Virus record (IMG/VR): IMGVR_UViG_3300033273_000550
Coordinates: 1-64,000 of that record
Source: a virus
Direction: 5' to 3' (one strand)
Length of the DNA stretch: 64,000 bases
Shown: piece by piece, positions 9,321 to 18,378 of the stretch
Layout: each line of letters starts with the position of its first letter
Position numbering within the stretch: the first letter of the stretch is position 1
Program-made: the position numbers and the translations under genes
Notes under the pieces: generated by a model
Told to the model about the DNA's origin: nothing
Database searches by the model: none
Seen by the model: the letters and a program-made list of their open reading frames with translations, nothing else

Positions 9321-9542
9321 ATGCAAGAAAATATAAATGTCGACATCAATCAAACAGAATCAGTTACATGTGAGGAGTGCGGAGGAATCTACTTCGATCA
9401 AGCACTCGTCATCCGAAAGGCATCTGGGTTCCTCACAGGTACAGGAAAACCATCTTACATCCCGATCCCAGTCTTCGCCTGCAAAGAATGTGGACATGTC
9501 AATTCAGAATTCCAACCTAAACAAGCTCAGCGATTGGACTAG
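9321..9542 (+). CDS. Small zinc-ribbon protein
   Basis: CEECG and CKECG pairs. Confidence 0.75.
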   Translation: MQENINVDINQTESVTCEECGGIYFDQALVIRKASGFLTGTGKPSYIPIPVFACKECGHVNSEFQPKQAQRLD

Positions 9543-9544
9543 GT

Positions 9545-9640
9545 TTACTTATTCCGGAATTCAGGATGAAATTTATTAGGTGGCCTTAGAAATAAGGCAA
9601 GTTGGAGAGCTAGTTCGAGGGTAGGAGCTCGGCTAGCAAA
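9545..9640 (+). ncRNA. Candidate structured RNA (two hairpins before a terminator)
   Basis: GCCTTA-GAAA-TAAGGC (9583-9598) and GCTAG-T-TCGAG...CTCGG-CTAGC (9609-9637) in a GC-enriched intergenic stretch. Confidence 0.4.
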
Positions 9641-9643
9641 ATT

Positions 9644-9670
9644 ATGGGACTTTCGGGTCCCATTTTTTTT
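9644..9670 (+). terminator. Intrinsic terminator
   Basis: ATGGGACT-TTCG-GGTCCCAT followed by T run. Confidence 0.9.
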
Positions 9671-9796
9671 ACCGATGAAATCGTGCGTTAATCGAGGAAA
9701 TCAACGATTTCTGGGAAAATCAATATATTTATATTAAAGCGTTTTATACCACTGTTCTAGAGAATTAGTTGTACTAATCCTTAAAAAAGAGCAGGT

Positions 9797-10270
9797 ATGA
9801 AATTTATTTTATGTGCCCTCTTGGCACTTGGTTCTTTGAACATATCAGCACAGGAATACTACACCATAGCAGATGTTCAAAATAATATAGTTCTAGGACC
9901 ACTAGCTGGTAATAGAAACATTACTTTCGGAGTAAAGAATATTCTGGAAGAAGTTCTACAAGATAAAGGATTTGACCTTGGACCTAACTCATCTAAGCAA
10001 ATCGAAGTTTCATTATTATATTTTGACGTTAAGAAAACAAATATGCAGTTTGCTGTATATGGAAAAAATCTTGACGTTACTGAGATTATAGCTCAAGCTA
10101 AATTGGTTGTAGATGGAAAATCTAAAAAGCCGGTTATAGCAAAAGGCACAGCCAAGTCTATATCAACAGCAACGTTAATCATAGATCAAGGTGGTAAATT
10201 CTCTCAGGCTAATGTTTCTACAGCCTTGAAGAAGGTATGTGAACAGTTAATTGATAAATTAAAATTATGA
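9797..10270 (+). CDS. Secreted protein, CsgG/TolB-N-like fold candidate
   Basis: Signal peptide ending SA-Q; C-terminal FSQANVSTALKK parallels FNQSSIGVATKK of 12954-13670. Confidence 0.55.
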   Translation: MKFILCALLALGSLNISAQEYYTIADVQNNIVLGPLAGNRNITFGVKNILEEVLQDKGFDLGPNSSKQIEVSLLYFDVKKTNMQFAVYGKNLDVTEIIAQAKLVVDGKSKKPVIAKGTAKSISTATLIIDQGGKFSQANVSTALKKVCEQLIDKLKL

Positions 10271-10365
10271 AAAAAATTATAAACTTACTTATTAAGTTTG
10301 ATAAATGGTTATCAAAGTTAGGATATGAAATGTATCCAGAATTAACTAAACATATGAAAAAATGA
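10267..10365 (+). CDS. Small hypothetical protein (32 aa)
   Basis: ATGA-coupled at both ends. Confidence 0.45.
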   Translation: MKKIINLLIKFDKWLSKLGYEMYPELTKHMKK

Positions 10366-12071
10366 TTAAAAAATTTTTATTTTTACTTTTACTTCCTTTC
10401 ACAGCTTTAGCACAACAGGGGTACTTAAGTCATAGCTATATTGACGCTGTACCAACTGGAGGGTTTTCGGTAGGAGATACAATTACTGTGAAATTTGAAA
10501 TGATTGATGGAACAGGTATGACTCCTGATTTTGCTCATTTCGACTTTGAATGGAATAATAAACTTGTACAGTATATTTCTCATCAATTCGACCCTTTATC
10601 TAAACTTCCAGCGAATACTCAAAAATCATGGACTAAATGGACTGGCTATCAATTTAAACCGTTGACTACTTATGCTGGTGTTCAATATGCTGAACATGAT
10701 TTAGATTTTCAATACGAATATGGATGGAAAAATAGAACTAATGTTACCGGGGATACAAATTCTTATCCTAATGCTACTGATTGGAGTGTAGCTAGAGTAA
10801 TACTACAAGCCGGTAGTTCTCTTCCTTTATCTGATCCTTTAATTTATGTTAAATTTAAAATTAAAGATAGAGGGGTAACTAATTATGAAAACTATAATAA
10901 CGTTACAGAATTAAACTATATAAGAGCAGAAGATATTGGAGATAGCTCAGGTCTATATGATGTTAAATCTGGGACCGAAAGAATTAATTTAAGCAGTGTT
11001 AACGGTGTTAATGCAGGTACATTTACTATCAACTTAAAAACATCTAGTACTGCCGATGCTTATTCTACTGACTATACTTATAAAATTTATCAAACATCGA
11101 CTGACGGTGACGGTAATACTACAAACACAACAATTGAAGAAGGTAATTTTGATGCAAATGGCCAAGTTTTGACGACTAATTTAATTATTGACGAAACTTA
11201 TAAAATTGATATTGAAGTAGACGACACTGCAACTTGGTTAGATGATGTATTAACAGTAACTGATGTGTATCTTATTTTTCAAGAAGCAATAGGTGCAGGA
11301 AATACCCCAGGTGGAACCGCAGGAGCATTCGAATATAAAGTTCAATATGAAATAGGTGAAATAACTAATTCAGGAAATGTAGATTTCGATGATTCTTACG
11401 AAGGTCTAGCTTTCTTAGCAGGTAACAGTACTGGAACATATTTTACTTCTAAAGATAATGGAGGTATAGACAATGAAGGAGATATAAGTACTTTTGGAGT
11501 TCCTTCAAATGATTGGTATTACGGGTTTAAAAATGAATTTACTGCTACCGAAGGCGGTACAATAAATATGGGACATGCATTTAAAGGAGATCCTGATTTC
11601 TCACATTCATATACTCCTACAGCTGAAGGATCAACTACAGGTAATGCTCAAACAGCTCAAGCAAGAGTATCTATGACTCGTAATGCTATGGAAGCTCCTA
11701 TAGAAGCTAACCTTGATATAGTATCAGAACTAATTGAAGGAAAAGTACATGTAAGCATTCAGTTATCTGAAGAAGATATAGTAGGTAATCAATTCGACTT
11801 AACTTATGACGATACAAGACTAAAATTAGATGAAGTGATATTTGATAGTGGAAACGAAATGACAAACTTTAGTAAGCATGATGAAGCATTATCTAAGGTG
11901 TTTATCGGATCATTAGATCAAACAGGAGCTAATATTGTAAAAACCGGTACTCCATATAAGTTAATTTTTACTCCTACTGAAACTATAACTAATACAGCAG
12001 GGTTGGTAGCCTTTAGATTTACAGAAGGTGTTAAAAAAGATGGAACAAAAGTTAAATACATAATTGAATAA
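10362..12071 (+). CDS. Secreted protein with cohesin-like and dockerin/EF-hand-like segments
   Basis: Signal peptide (ALA-Q); VGDTITV...FDFEWN and GNQFDLTYD cohesin-like strands; LTVTDVYL and GEITNSGNVDFDD dockerin-like segments. Confidence 0.55.
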   Translation: MIKKFLFLLLLPFTALAQQGYLSHSYIDAVPTGGFSVGDTITVKFEMIDGTGMTPDFAHFDFEWNNKLVQYISHQFDPLSKLPANTQKSWTKWTGYQFKPLTTYAGVQYAEHDLDFQYEYGWKNRTNVTGDTNSYPNATDWSVARVILQAGSSLPLSDPLIYVKFKIKDRGVTNYENYNNVTELNYIRAEDIGDSSGLYDVKSGTERINLSSVNGVNAGTFTINLKTSSTADAYSTDYTYKIYQTSTDGDGNTTNTTIEEGNFDANGQVLTTNLIIDETYKIDIEVDDTATWLDDVLTVTDVYLIFQEAIGAGNTPGGTAGAFEYKVQYEIGEITNSGNVDFDDSYEGLAFLAGNSTGTYFTSKDNGGIDNEGDISTFGVPSNDWYYGFKNEFTATEGGTINMGHAFKGDPDFSHSYTPTAEGSTTGNAQTAQARVSMTRNAMEAPIEANLDIVSELIEGKVHVSIQLSEEDIVGNQFDLTYDDTRLKLDEVIFDSGNEMTNFSKHDEALSKVFIGSLDQTGANIVKTGTPYKLIFTPTETITNTAGLVAFRFTEGVKKDGTKVKYIIE

Positions 12072-12072
12072 T

Positions 12073-12450
12073 ATGAAGAAATTTATTTTAATAGGCCTAC
12101 TTTTAATTCTTTCAGGATGCATCAAAGATGATCCTTTTTATATAGAGGAGGTTCCAAGAGAAGTTCCTGCAAGTTTAATGATTACTGAATTAACAGGTGT
12201 CAAGCTAGCTTCTTATGTAATAGTTGAAGAAGTTGACATTAATATTAAACTACCAGAGACTGGTGTTTATAGAGTCAAAATTAGACACGGATTAAATAAT
12301 GAAATTATCTCTCAAGAAAAAATTAACGGCAAAAAAGGAGATAATTTACTAAAAGTATACGTTAGAGCTTTACCAAAAGACGCGTATAAATTAGAAGTAA
12401 CCAAAGAGAATCACGACCCAGTTGGATTCTCATCTTTTGCTAAATTATAG
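12073..12450 (+). CDS. Lipoprotein with T9SS C-terminal-domain-like Ig fold
   Basis: Lipobox LSG-C; C-terminal GDN.LKV.VRALP.DAY.L.V. Confidence 0.55.
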   Translation: MKKFILIGLLLILSGCIKDDPFYIEEVPREVPASLMITELTGVKLASYVIVEEVDINIKLPETGVYRVKIRHGLNNEIISQEKINGKKGDNLLKVYVRALPKDAYKLEVTKENHDPVGFSSFAKL

Positions 12451-12452
12451 GT

Positions 12453-12740
12453 ATGAGTGAAGAAAAAGAAGGCTTTTTTGGTCAAATTAAAAATCAAATA
12501 GTTGCTACTATCGGAATAGTAATTACAGCTGCCGGTGGATTACTAGTAACTAATATGGAGGCTATTTTCTCTCCAGAGGAGAAAGTAGAAGAAGTTCAAC
12601 CAATGTTAGAACAGAGTATCTCAATTCCTGAGACTGCTAAAGACACAGTTGTTATCTCTAAGACGATTGTTGTTCCTCCAAAAAAGGTAGAGAAGAAAAC
12701 AGAAACTGAAATCCGTAAGGAAGAAGGTTACGATTGGTAA
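12453..12740 (+). CDS. Single-TM hypothetical protein
   Basis: Hydrophobic IVATIGIVITAAGGLLV. Confidence 0.7.
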   Translation: MSEEKEGFFGQIKNQIVATIGIVITAAGGLLVTNMEAIFSPEEKVEEVQPMLEQSISIPETAKDTVVISKTIVVPPKKVEKKTETEIRKEEGYDW

Positions 12741-12759
12741 AATAGTTAATATAAAGATT

Positions 12760-12957
12760 ATGAAAAATTTGTTACTAGACATTTGGAAAGACAAACTTAG
12801 CGATTACGTTATATTAGATTACATATTTAAACTATGGATCTATGGACTAATGGGCTTGTTTGTATTAGGATTTACTGCTATTGTTTACGGAATAATTTCC
12901 GGTGAAGCAGATATCGCTAATGCTACTTTTGGAATATTTGATACACTAGGATCATGA
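12760..12957 (+). CDS. Small membrane protein
   Basis: Hydrophobic core; ATGA-coupled to next gene. Confidence 0.65.
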   Translation: MKNLLLDIWKDKLSDYVILDYIFKLWIYGLMGLFVLGFTAIVYGIISGEADIANATFGIFDTLGS

Positions 12958-13670
12958 GAATACTTTTATTTTTACTTTCGTGCTTATTCACTTCATCAAT
13001 CATAGGTCAAACTATAGGTAAGACTACTACCGAAAGCTATACTGCTGGATTTGAATCACAGGCTTCTGTCTATGAAATACCAGAATACTTTGGAGAGCCG
13101 GTCCCTGTCGCTATCCTCTCAATCGGAGTTAATCAAGAAGTACTTGATCAATATCCGGAACTAGGAGATTACCGCGTAGGTTTAGGACTTTCCAATATTA
13201 CTGTAGCTTTTATGGATGAGACTTTTAGATTCGAATTTGTTGAAACTAGAGACGAAATAAAAGATAGAATGATCAAACAATATAAAGCATCTAAAAACGG
13301 ATTATCTGCAAATGTAATAAACCCTGTAGGTAAAATCGTACTAGCTAAATATTTCGGATATATTGAAGTATACGACTTCTCCATTTCAGAAGACGAAACT
13401 ATAAACCTTAAAGACGGAGTAAAAAATACGTTAGTTACTCGTTTAGGTCTTCAAGTTAGATTAGTAGATTCAGAAACTGGACTTTATATGACAGGTTCAG
13501 GATTGGGCACTGCTACTACAACAAGAGAAATGACTTTACTTAATGATGAAAATTTAGAAGAAGTTGCTTTTAACCAATCTTCTATAGGTGTTGCAACTAA
13601 AAAAGCTCTTAATACGGCTGTTTATAAAATAGTTCGTAGAATGAGACAGAAGAAAATTTTTGATCATTAA
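12954..13670 (+). CDS. CsgG/HfaB-family secreted protein
   Basis: Signal peptide; GLGLSN...RFEFVE, LQVRLVDSETG and C-terminal KKA...AV..IV motifs. Confidence 0.7.
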   Translation: MRILLFLLSCLFTSSIIGQTIGKTTTESYTAGFESQASVYEIPEYFGEPVPVAILSIGVNQEVLDQYPELGDYRVGLGLSNITVAFMDETFRFEFVETRDEIKDRMIKQYKASKNGLSANVINPVGKIVLAKYFGYIEVYDFSISEDETINLKDGVKNTLVTRLGLQVRLVDSETGLYMTGSGLGTATTTREMTLLNDENLEEVAFNQSSIGVATKKALNTAVYKIVRRMRQKKIFDH

Positions 13671-13672
13671 AA

Positions 13673-15457
13673 ATGAAAAAACTGCTGTTCATACTATTGC
13701 TAGTATGTTCCAGTCAAGCCTTCTCTCAGCAAATTATACAAACGTATACTGATAGATGTACTGGGGCTACATATACTTTTTCTGTAGCATATAATAGCTC
13801 TACAGTTGTTACATTCTATAATAAATCTAGAGTTTTTACTTCAACAGAGTTTACAAATGGTACACTACAAGCATGGTTAGAAGAAACTTATCAATGGTGG
13901 AAGAATTTAAGTCCATGTTCTGCTAATCAAGCAAATACTTCTAACACACAAACTACTACTCAAAATACTACCTCGAACGCTACTAATGCAGCTAACAATG
14001 CTACAAATAATACTAGTAGCTCAGGTACTACTAATAATACTTCCTCATCTAATACAGGCAGTACTGGTACAAACAGTTCAGGCAACACAGATTCTGGAAG
14101 TACTACTAATAATTCTAATACTAATAATAATGACACATCTAATGGAAATAGTTCTTCCGGTTCTGGCTCATCGGATTCAGGAAGTTCTTCAGATAACTCG
14201 TCATCGGGTTCATCTTCTGACTCTTCGGGGTCATCGGACAATTCTTCAGATTCATCTAGTGGGGACTCATCTTCGGGAGACTCTGGTGGGGATGGAGATG
14301 GCTCGTCTAGTGACTCGTCAGGCGGATCGGAAGGAGATAATGGCGAAGAAGGAGGATCTTCGGATAACAGCGATTCAGGTGAAGGAGATAGCGGAGAAAC
14401 TGACGAAGGTGGATCAGGAGATTCTGACGACAAGAGCGACGATTCGAAGGATAAAGAATCCTCCGAAGAAGATAGTAAGTCTGAATCAGAAGAAAGTGAA
14501 AGTGAAGAGACTGAAGAAGAAGTAAAAGAAGAAGAATCCGAAGAAGAAAAACAAGATGAAGAAAAAGACGAATCTGACGAGGAGTCAGAGGAGGAACAAG
14601 AAAAAGAGGATGATGAAGAAGAGTCTGATGAAAGTGAAGATGATGAGGAAGAAGACTCAGAAGAGGAAAGCAGCAACGAAGATGAAGAGGAAGAAGATGA
14701 GGATGAAAAGAAAAAAAGAAATCTTGCTCCTCCAATCATATCAGCTAACTTAATGACTATGCAGATGATTGACGGTACTATTAGTACTGCTGCATCGTTT
14801 GGTATATCTCAATCATCATTAACAGGAATAGATACCTATTCTTTAAACGGAATGGTATGGTCTAATCTACAGCAGTTTATGTTAGGAGGTTCTAAAAGTA
14901 CTGTATACTTTAAATATGATAGAGAGGTTCCTAGAATAGTAGTAGACCCTTCCACAGGTAAATCTTACCAGTTTGGTAGTACAATGGAAAAAGGATCGAT
15001 ATGGTCTATAGATTCACATGCTGTAAACTTTATGTATATGTTCGGTACGACTATGGGGTCTTACACATACAGTCAAGTTTATATGGGGCAGAAAGATAAT
15101 TTCTGGAAAGGTTTCGTAGGTGGTTACGCAGCTACTGTAAGTGTTGTTAATGCTTTCGGCAAAATAAGTAACTCTACCTCTATTACTGGTTTTGGTACTA
15201 AACCTTTTAACTTTAAGAAATTACCTAGATGGTCTTTTAGTCCTATGTTTGCAATATCTTTACCGGTTAAATTATACCCTATTGACTTAAGAGTAGATCC
15301 TTTTAATAATTTTACCTATATTGTTGGTAATTCAACTAATTTTCAAATTACTCAAAGGTTTGTAGCTAATTTAGGTATAAACTTTATAGGTAATACAGAT
15401 CCTATCATACCAGTTACATTTGCTGCTACGATAGGTGCTAGATTTGCATTTCAATAG
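13673..15457 (+). CDS. Secreted protein: small N-domain, long N/T-S/G-D/E linker, beta-barrel-like C-terminus
   Basis: Signal peptide (AFS-Q); about 260-aa low-complexity linker; amphipathic strands ending TIGARFAFQ. Confidence 0.7.
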   Translation: MKKLLFILLLVCSSQAFSQQIIQTYTDRCTGATYTFSVAYNSSTVVTFYNKSRVFTSTEFTNGTLQAWLEETYQWWKNLSPCSANQANTSNTQTTTQNTTSNATNAANNATNNTSSSGTTNNTSSSNTGSTGTNSSGNTDSGSTTNNSNTNNNDTSNGNSSSGSGSSDSGSSSDNSSSGSSSDSSGSSDNSSDSSSGDSSSGDSGGDGDGSSSDSSGGSEGDNGEEGGSSDNSDSGEGDSGETDEGGSGDSDDKSDDSKDKESSEEDSKSESEESESEETEEEVKEEESEEEKQDEEKDESDEESEEEQEKEDDEEESDESEDDEEEDSEEESSNEDEEEEDEDEKKKRNLAPPIISANLMTMQMIDGTISTAASFGISQSSLTGIDTYSLNGMVWSNLQQFMLGGSKSTVYFKYDREVPRIVVDPSTGKSYQFGSTMEKGSIWSIDSHAVNFMYMFGTTMGSYTYSQVYMGQKDNFWKGFVGGYAATVSVVNAFGKISNSTSITGFGTKPFNFKKLPRWSFSPMFAISLPVKLYPIDLRVDPFNNFTYIVGNSTNFQITQRFVANLGINFIGNTDPIIPVTFAATIGARFAFQ

Positions 15458-15504
15458 TTTAAAGCTATTTATATTAAAGTAAGTTTCATTTAAATTGTTA
15501 TAAT

Positions 15505-15756
15505 ATGTTTAATTATTTAAAACGTAAATGGATGGCATTTAGAGATATTTTTAAAGATGAGAACGATATCAACGAAAAGTCTGTAGTTGGATTCGCTTCT
15601 TTTGTAGTTATGGTCTTGTTTGCAGTAATCGACTTAGCAACAGGATATTTCGGCAAAGACTTAGTTATTAACGAATTTATTTATAATTCATTTGTATACA
15701 TCGTTCTTGGTTCATTCGGAATTGCTGAAGCAGGAAAGATATTCGGTAAAAAATAA
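15505..15756 (+). CDS. Putative holin
   Basis: Two TM segments, basic C-terminus, immediately upstream of amidase. Confidence 0.6.
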   Translation: MFNYLKRKWMAFRDIFKDENDINEKSVVGFASFVVMVLFAVIDLATGYFGKDLVINEFIYNSFVYIVLGSFGIAEAGKIFGKK

Positions 15757-15759
15757 ATA

Positions 15760-16254
15760 ATGGCAGTAATAGAACCAAAAGGAATTATTGTTCACTCGAT
15801 GGGAGAGTATCTTAAGATGCCAAAAGGACCAATGGGTGCACATGACTTTTTAAAGTCGATGAAGTTATCAGTACATGGGTTTATTCATCCAGACGGTACA
15901 TATGAAAAGATGATTGAATCTCCTGGCAAAGCAGCTCATGCTGGTAAATCAGAATGGGCTGGTTTACAGCATCTTAATAACCACTTCTTAGGATTTGAAT
16001 TATTAGTACCTGGTGAGCATGATTTTGCAACATTTTCTAAAGCAATAGAAACTCCAGGAACATATACTCAAGAGCAGTTTGATACTGCTGTAGCTACATG
16101 TAAATGGTGGATCGATCAATATAATATACCAGTAGAGAATGTTGTTCGTCATTCAGACTGTTCTGGAGACCATGTAAGAGGTGAAGGAAAAGGTAAGACC
16201 GATCCAGGTTCAGCATTCGATTGGGACGCATTTAAAGCAGCATTAGTTGCTTAG
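15760..16254 (+). CDS. N-acetylmuramoyl-L-alanine amidase (Amidase_2), likely endolysin
   Basis: IIVHS, S.H, A.HAG.S.W, N..FLGFEL, HSD...K.DPG..FDW motifs. Confidence 0.92.
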   Translation: MAVIEPKGIIVHSMGEYLKMPKGPMGAHDFLKSMKLSVHGFIHPDGTYEKMIESPGKAAHAGKSEWAGLQHLNNHFLGFELLVPGEHDFATFSKAIETPGTYTQEQFDTAVATCKWWIDQYNIPVENVVRHSDCSGDHVRGEGKGKTDPGSAFDWDAFKAALVA

Positions 16255-16275
16255 ACGATAAAAAAACGTTATATT

Positions 16276-16635
16276 ATGAATAGAGTAAGTGTTTTACTTC
16301 TTTGTATTACAACTTTGGCTATATATTTTATTATAGCTAAGAAGCCAGAATTGGACATAAAAAGATACGAAGATAAAATTGCTGAACTAGAGCAAGAGGT
16401 TATTAATATGGAGAAAGAAAATGATAGTCTCCAATCTCAATCCCTAGAATTAGAAAAGGCAATAGCAGCTTACGACGTAATTATAGAAAATTTTAGAAAT
16501 CAAATCTATGATATACAAAGAGACGCACAAGAAAAAGTTGATGCTGTTGATAATTTCGGTGATGATCAGCTGGAACAGTTTTTCGCAGAACGTTACAAAA
16601 GACTCATTGCAGCAAAAAACGATTCAATTAACTAG
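16276..16635 (+). CDS. Putative i-spanin-like protein
   Basis: N-terminal TM plus coiled coil, after the endolysin. Confidence 0.55.
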   Translation: MNRVSVLLLCITTLAIYFIIAKKPELDIKRYEDKIAELEQEVINMEKENDSLQSQSLELEKAIAAYDVIIENFRNQIYDIQRDAQEKVDAVDNFGDDQLEQFFAERYKRLIAAKNDSIN

Positions 16636-16951
16636 TCCGATTGCTAGATTAGTTGTAAAAGACCTCATTAAATTTGACTCTCAGACAGATGAGATGAAGT
16701 TAATGCAAAGTATACTTACATCTACTAATGATAAGTTACTTACACAGACAGATTTAGTTAGCAACCTTAAAATCCAAAATGCTAATTTAGAATCGATTAT
16801 AGTTCAAAAAACTCAACAAATGGATGCTCAAAAGAAAATAAGCGATGAGTTTAAAAAAGCTTATGAGAAGGAGAGAAGAACTAAAAAGTTATATAAACTA
16901 GGCACTACTATAGGTGCAGCTGCTGTAGGATTATTACTAATTCAAAAGTAG
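16508..16951 (+). CDS. Putative spanin-partner coiled-coil protein
   Basis: Overlaps previous gene out of frame; signal-like N-terminus and C-terminal hydrophobic helix; start uncertain. Confidence 0.5.
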   Translation: MIYKETHKKKLMLLIISVMISWNSFSQNVTKDSLQQKTIQLTSPIARLVVKDLIKFDSQTDEMKLMQSILTSTNDKLLTQTDLVSNLKIQNANLESIIVQKTQQMDAQKKISDEFKKAYEKERRTKKLYKLGTTIGAAAVGLLLIQK

Positions 16952-16976
16952 ATTCCTATTTATAATAAATTTTACT

Positions 16977-18110
16977 ATGTGGAAAAGTATTAAAAAAGGT
17001 TTTTTTCCTTTTATTATTGCATTCTCTGCACTATCAGTATCTGGTTCAGCTGCATTTTATTCCGTTAGCGGATTATCTAAATTATTTGCTGGAGCACAAT
17101 TAGAGGTGATTATTATGGCTGCTTCTTTAGAAATAGCTAAGTTAGTAATTGCATCACTTCTATACCAATATTGGGATACTATTAATAAAATCCTTAGAAC
17201 GTATCTAACCGTTGCTGCTATCATACTTGTACTTATTACCAGTATGGGAATTTATGGATTTCTATCTGCAGCTTATCAAGAAACATACCAAAAGTTAACA
17301 GTTAATCAAAATCAGATAGAATTTCTAGAAAATAAAGCTAAATTTTATGAAGACGATATTATCAGGTTTGATAAAGAGCTTGAACAAATACTATCAAATA
17401 TTTCTAATCTTAGTAATGCCAAGTCGCAGTCTATTCAAGTCAAGGACACCAGTGTGGTTGGAGGCGTTCGAAACACCATCAGCACGGCTGAGTTACGCTT
17501 GGCTCAATCTCGTATCGAAGTTGAAGAAGAAAATAGGAAAGCAGTGAATTTAAAAAGAACCGTCGCTGCCGATAGTTTACAGAGATATAAGTTACAGATA
17601 CTTGAGCTACAGAACAATGCAGATACAGTAGGAGAATTAGGTCCTCTGCAGTACTTATCTGGTCTTACAGGTACTCCTATGGATAGAATAATTAACATAT
17701 TGTTACTTGTAATTATTTTTGTATTTGACCCTCTAGCTATTTCTTTAGTAGTAGCTGCTAACTTTGCTTTTGATAAAGCATATCAAAAAAATCTCTACGG
17801 TGAATTAGAAGATGAGGAAGATATTTTTGATATACTAGACGAAGAAGAAATTAAACCTGACCCAGATGACCTTCCAATCATTTCTCAAGAAGAGATAGAT
17901 GAAGAGCTATACAGTAGGCCTGAAATTACTGAAGCAGATGAAAGACGAATGGATATTATAGGTCAAAATGGTAATGACGGTTTACATTATGATGAGGACT
18001 GGAAAGTATTAGATGAACAAAATAAACCAATTGAGGTTAAAAAGGATCGTAAAGGTAATTTATTAGTACCTAAAAAAAGAAATGACGATCTTCGTAAAGA
18101 ATATTTGTAA
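16977..18110 (+). CDS. Multi-TM coiled-coil membrane protein
   Basis: Three N-terminal TMs, coiled coil, IFVFDPLAI TM, acidic tail. Confidence 0.75.
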   Translation: MWKSIKKGFFPFIIAFSALSVSGSAAFYSVSGLSKLFAGAQLEVIIMAASLEIAKLVIASLLYQYWDTINKILRTYLTVAAIILVLITSMGIYGFLSAAYQETYQKLTVNQNQIEFLENKAKFYEDDIIRFDKELEQILSNISNLSNAKSQSIQVKDTSVVGGVRNTISTAELRLAQSRIEVEEENRKAVNLKRTVAADSLQRYKLQILELQNNADTVGELGPLQYLSGLTGTPMDRIINILLLVIIFVFDPLAISLVVAANFAFDKAYQKNLYGELEDEEDIFDILDEEEIKPDPDDLPIISQEEIDEELYSRPEITEADERRMDIIGQNGNDGLHYDEDWKVLDEQNKPIEVKKDRKGNLLVPKKRNDDLRKEYL

Positions 18111-18135
18111 TTCAGAAATATTCTTCTTATATTGA
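18105..18135 (+). promoter_or_regulatory. Host-type promoter
   Basis: TTG-N20-TATATTGA. Confidence 0.6.
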
Positions 18136-18162
18136 ATAATAGTTTTAAGTTAAATTTTAGTT

Positions 18163-18378
18163 ATGCAATACAGAGTTATTAAGATGCTCAAAAAGACCTT
18201 TGAGGCTCAACAAGAAAAGGCGTTAATGACATTAGAGTTACTTACCGAACATCCTGCTGGGATTGGAGATCACTCTACTACCGATTTTTATAACAATGCT
18301 GAAGAAGCTATTAGAGCTCTAGCAGAGGCTGATGATGTATTGGAAACTATTCAAAGACATTTTGGAAATAATGAGTGA
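18163..18378 (+). CDS. Hypothetical phage protein
   Basis: PAGIGDHS motif; follows a promoter. Confidence 0.7.
   Translation: MQYRVIKMLKKTFEAQQEKALMTLELLTEHPAGIGDHSTTDFYNNAEEAIRALAEADDVLETIQRHFGNNE

Noticed and set aside
9583-9603. Resemblance of TAGAAATAAGGCAAGTT to the Cas9 sgRNA scaffold
   Set aside because: The GAAA loop in sgRNA is engineered, the match is short, and there is no Cas9/IscB context
13960-14753. Long alternative-frame and antisense ORFs (13960-14739, 13986-14525, 14307-14735, 14556-14753)
   Set aside because: Shadows of the low-complexity linker of 13673-15457
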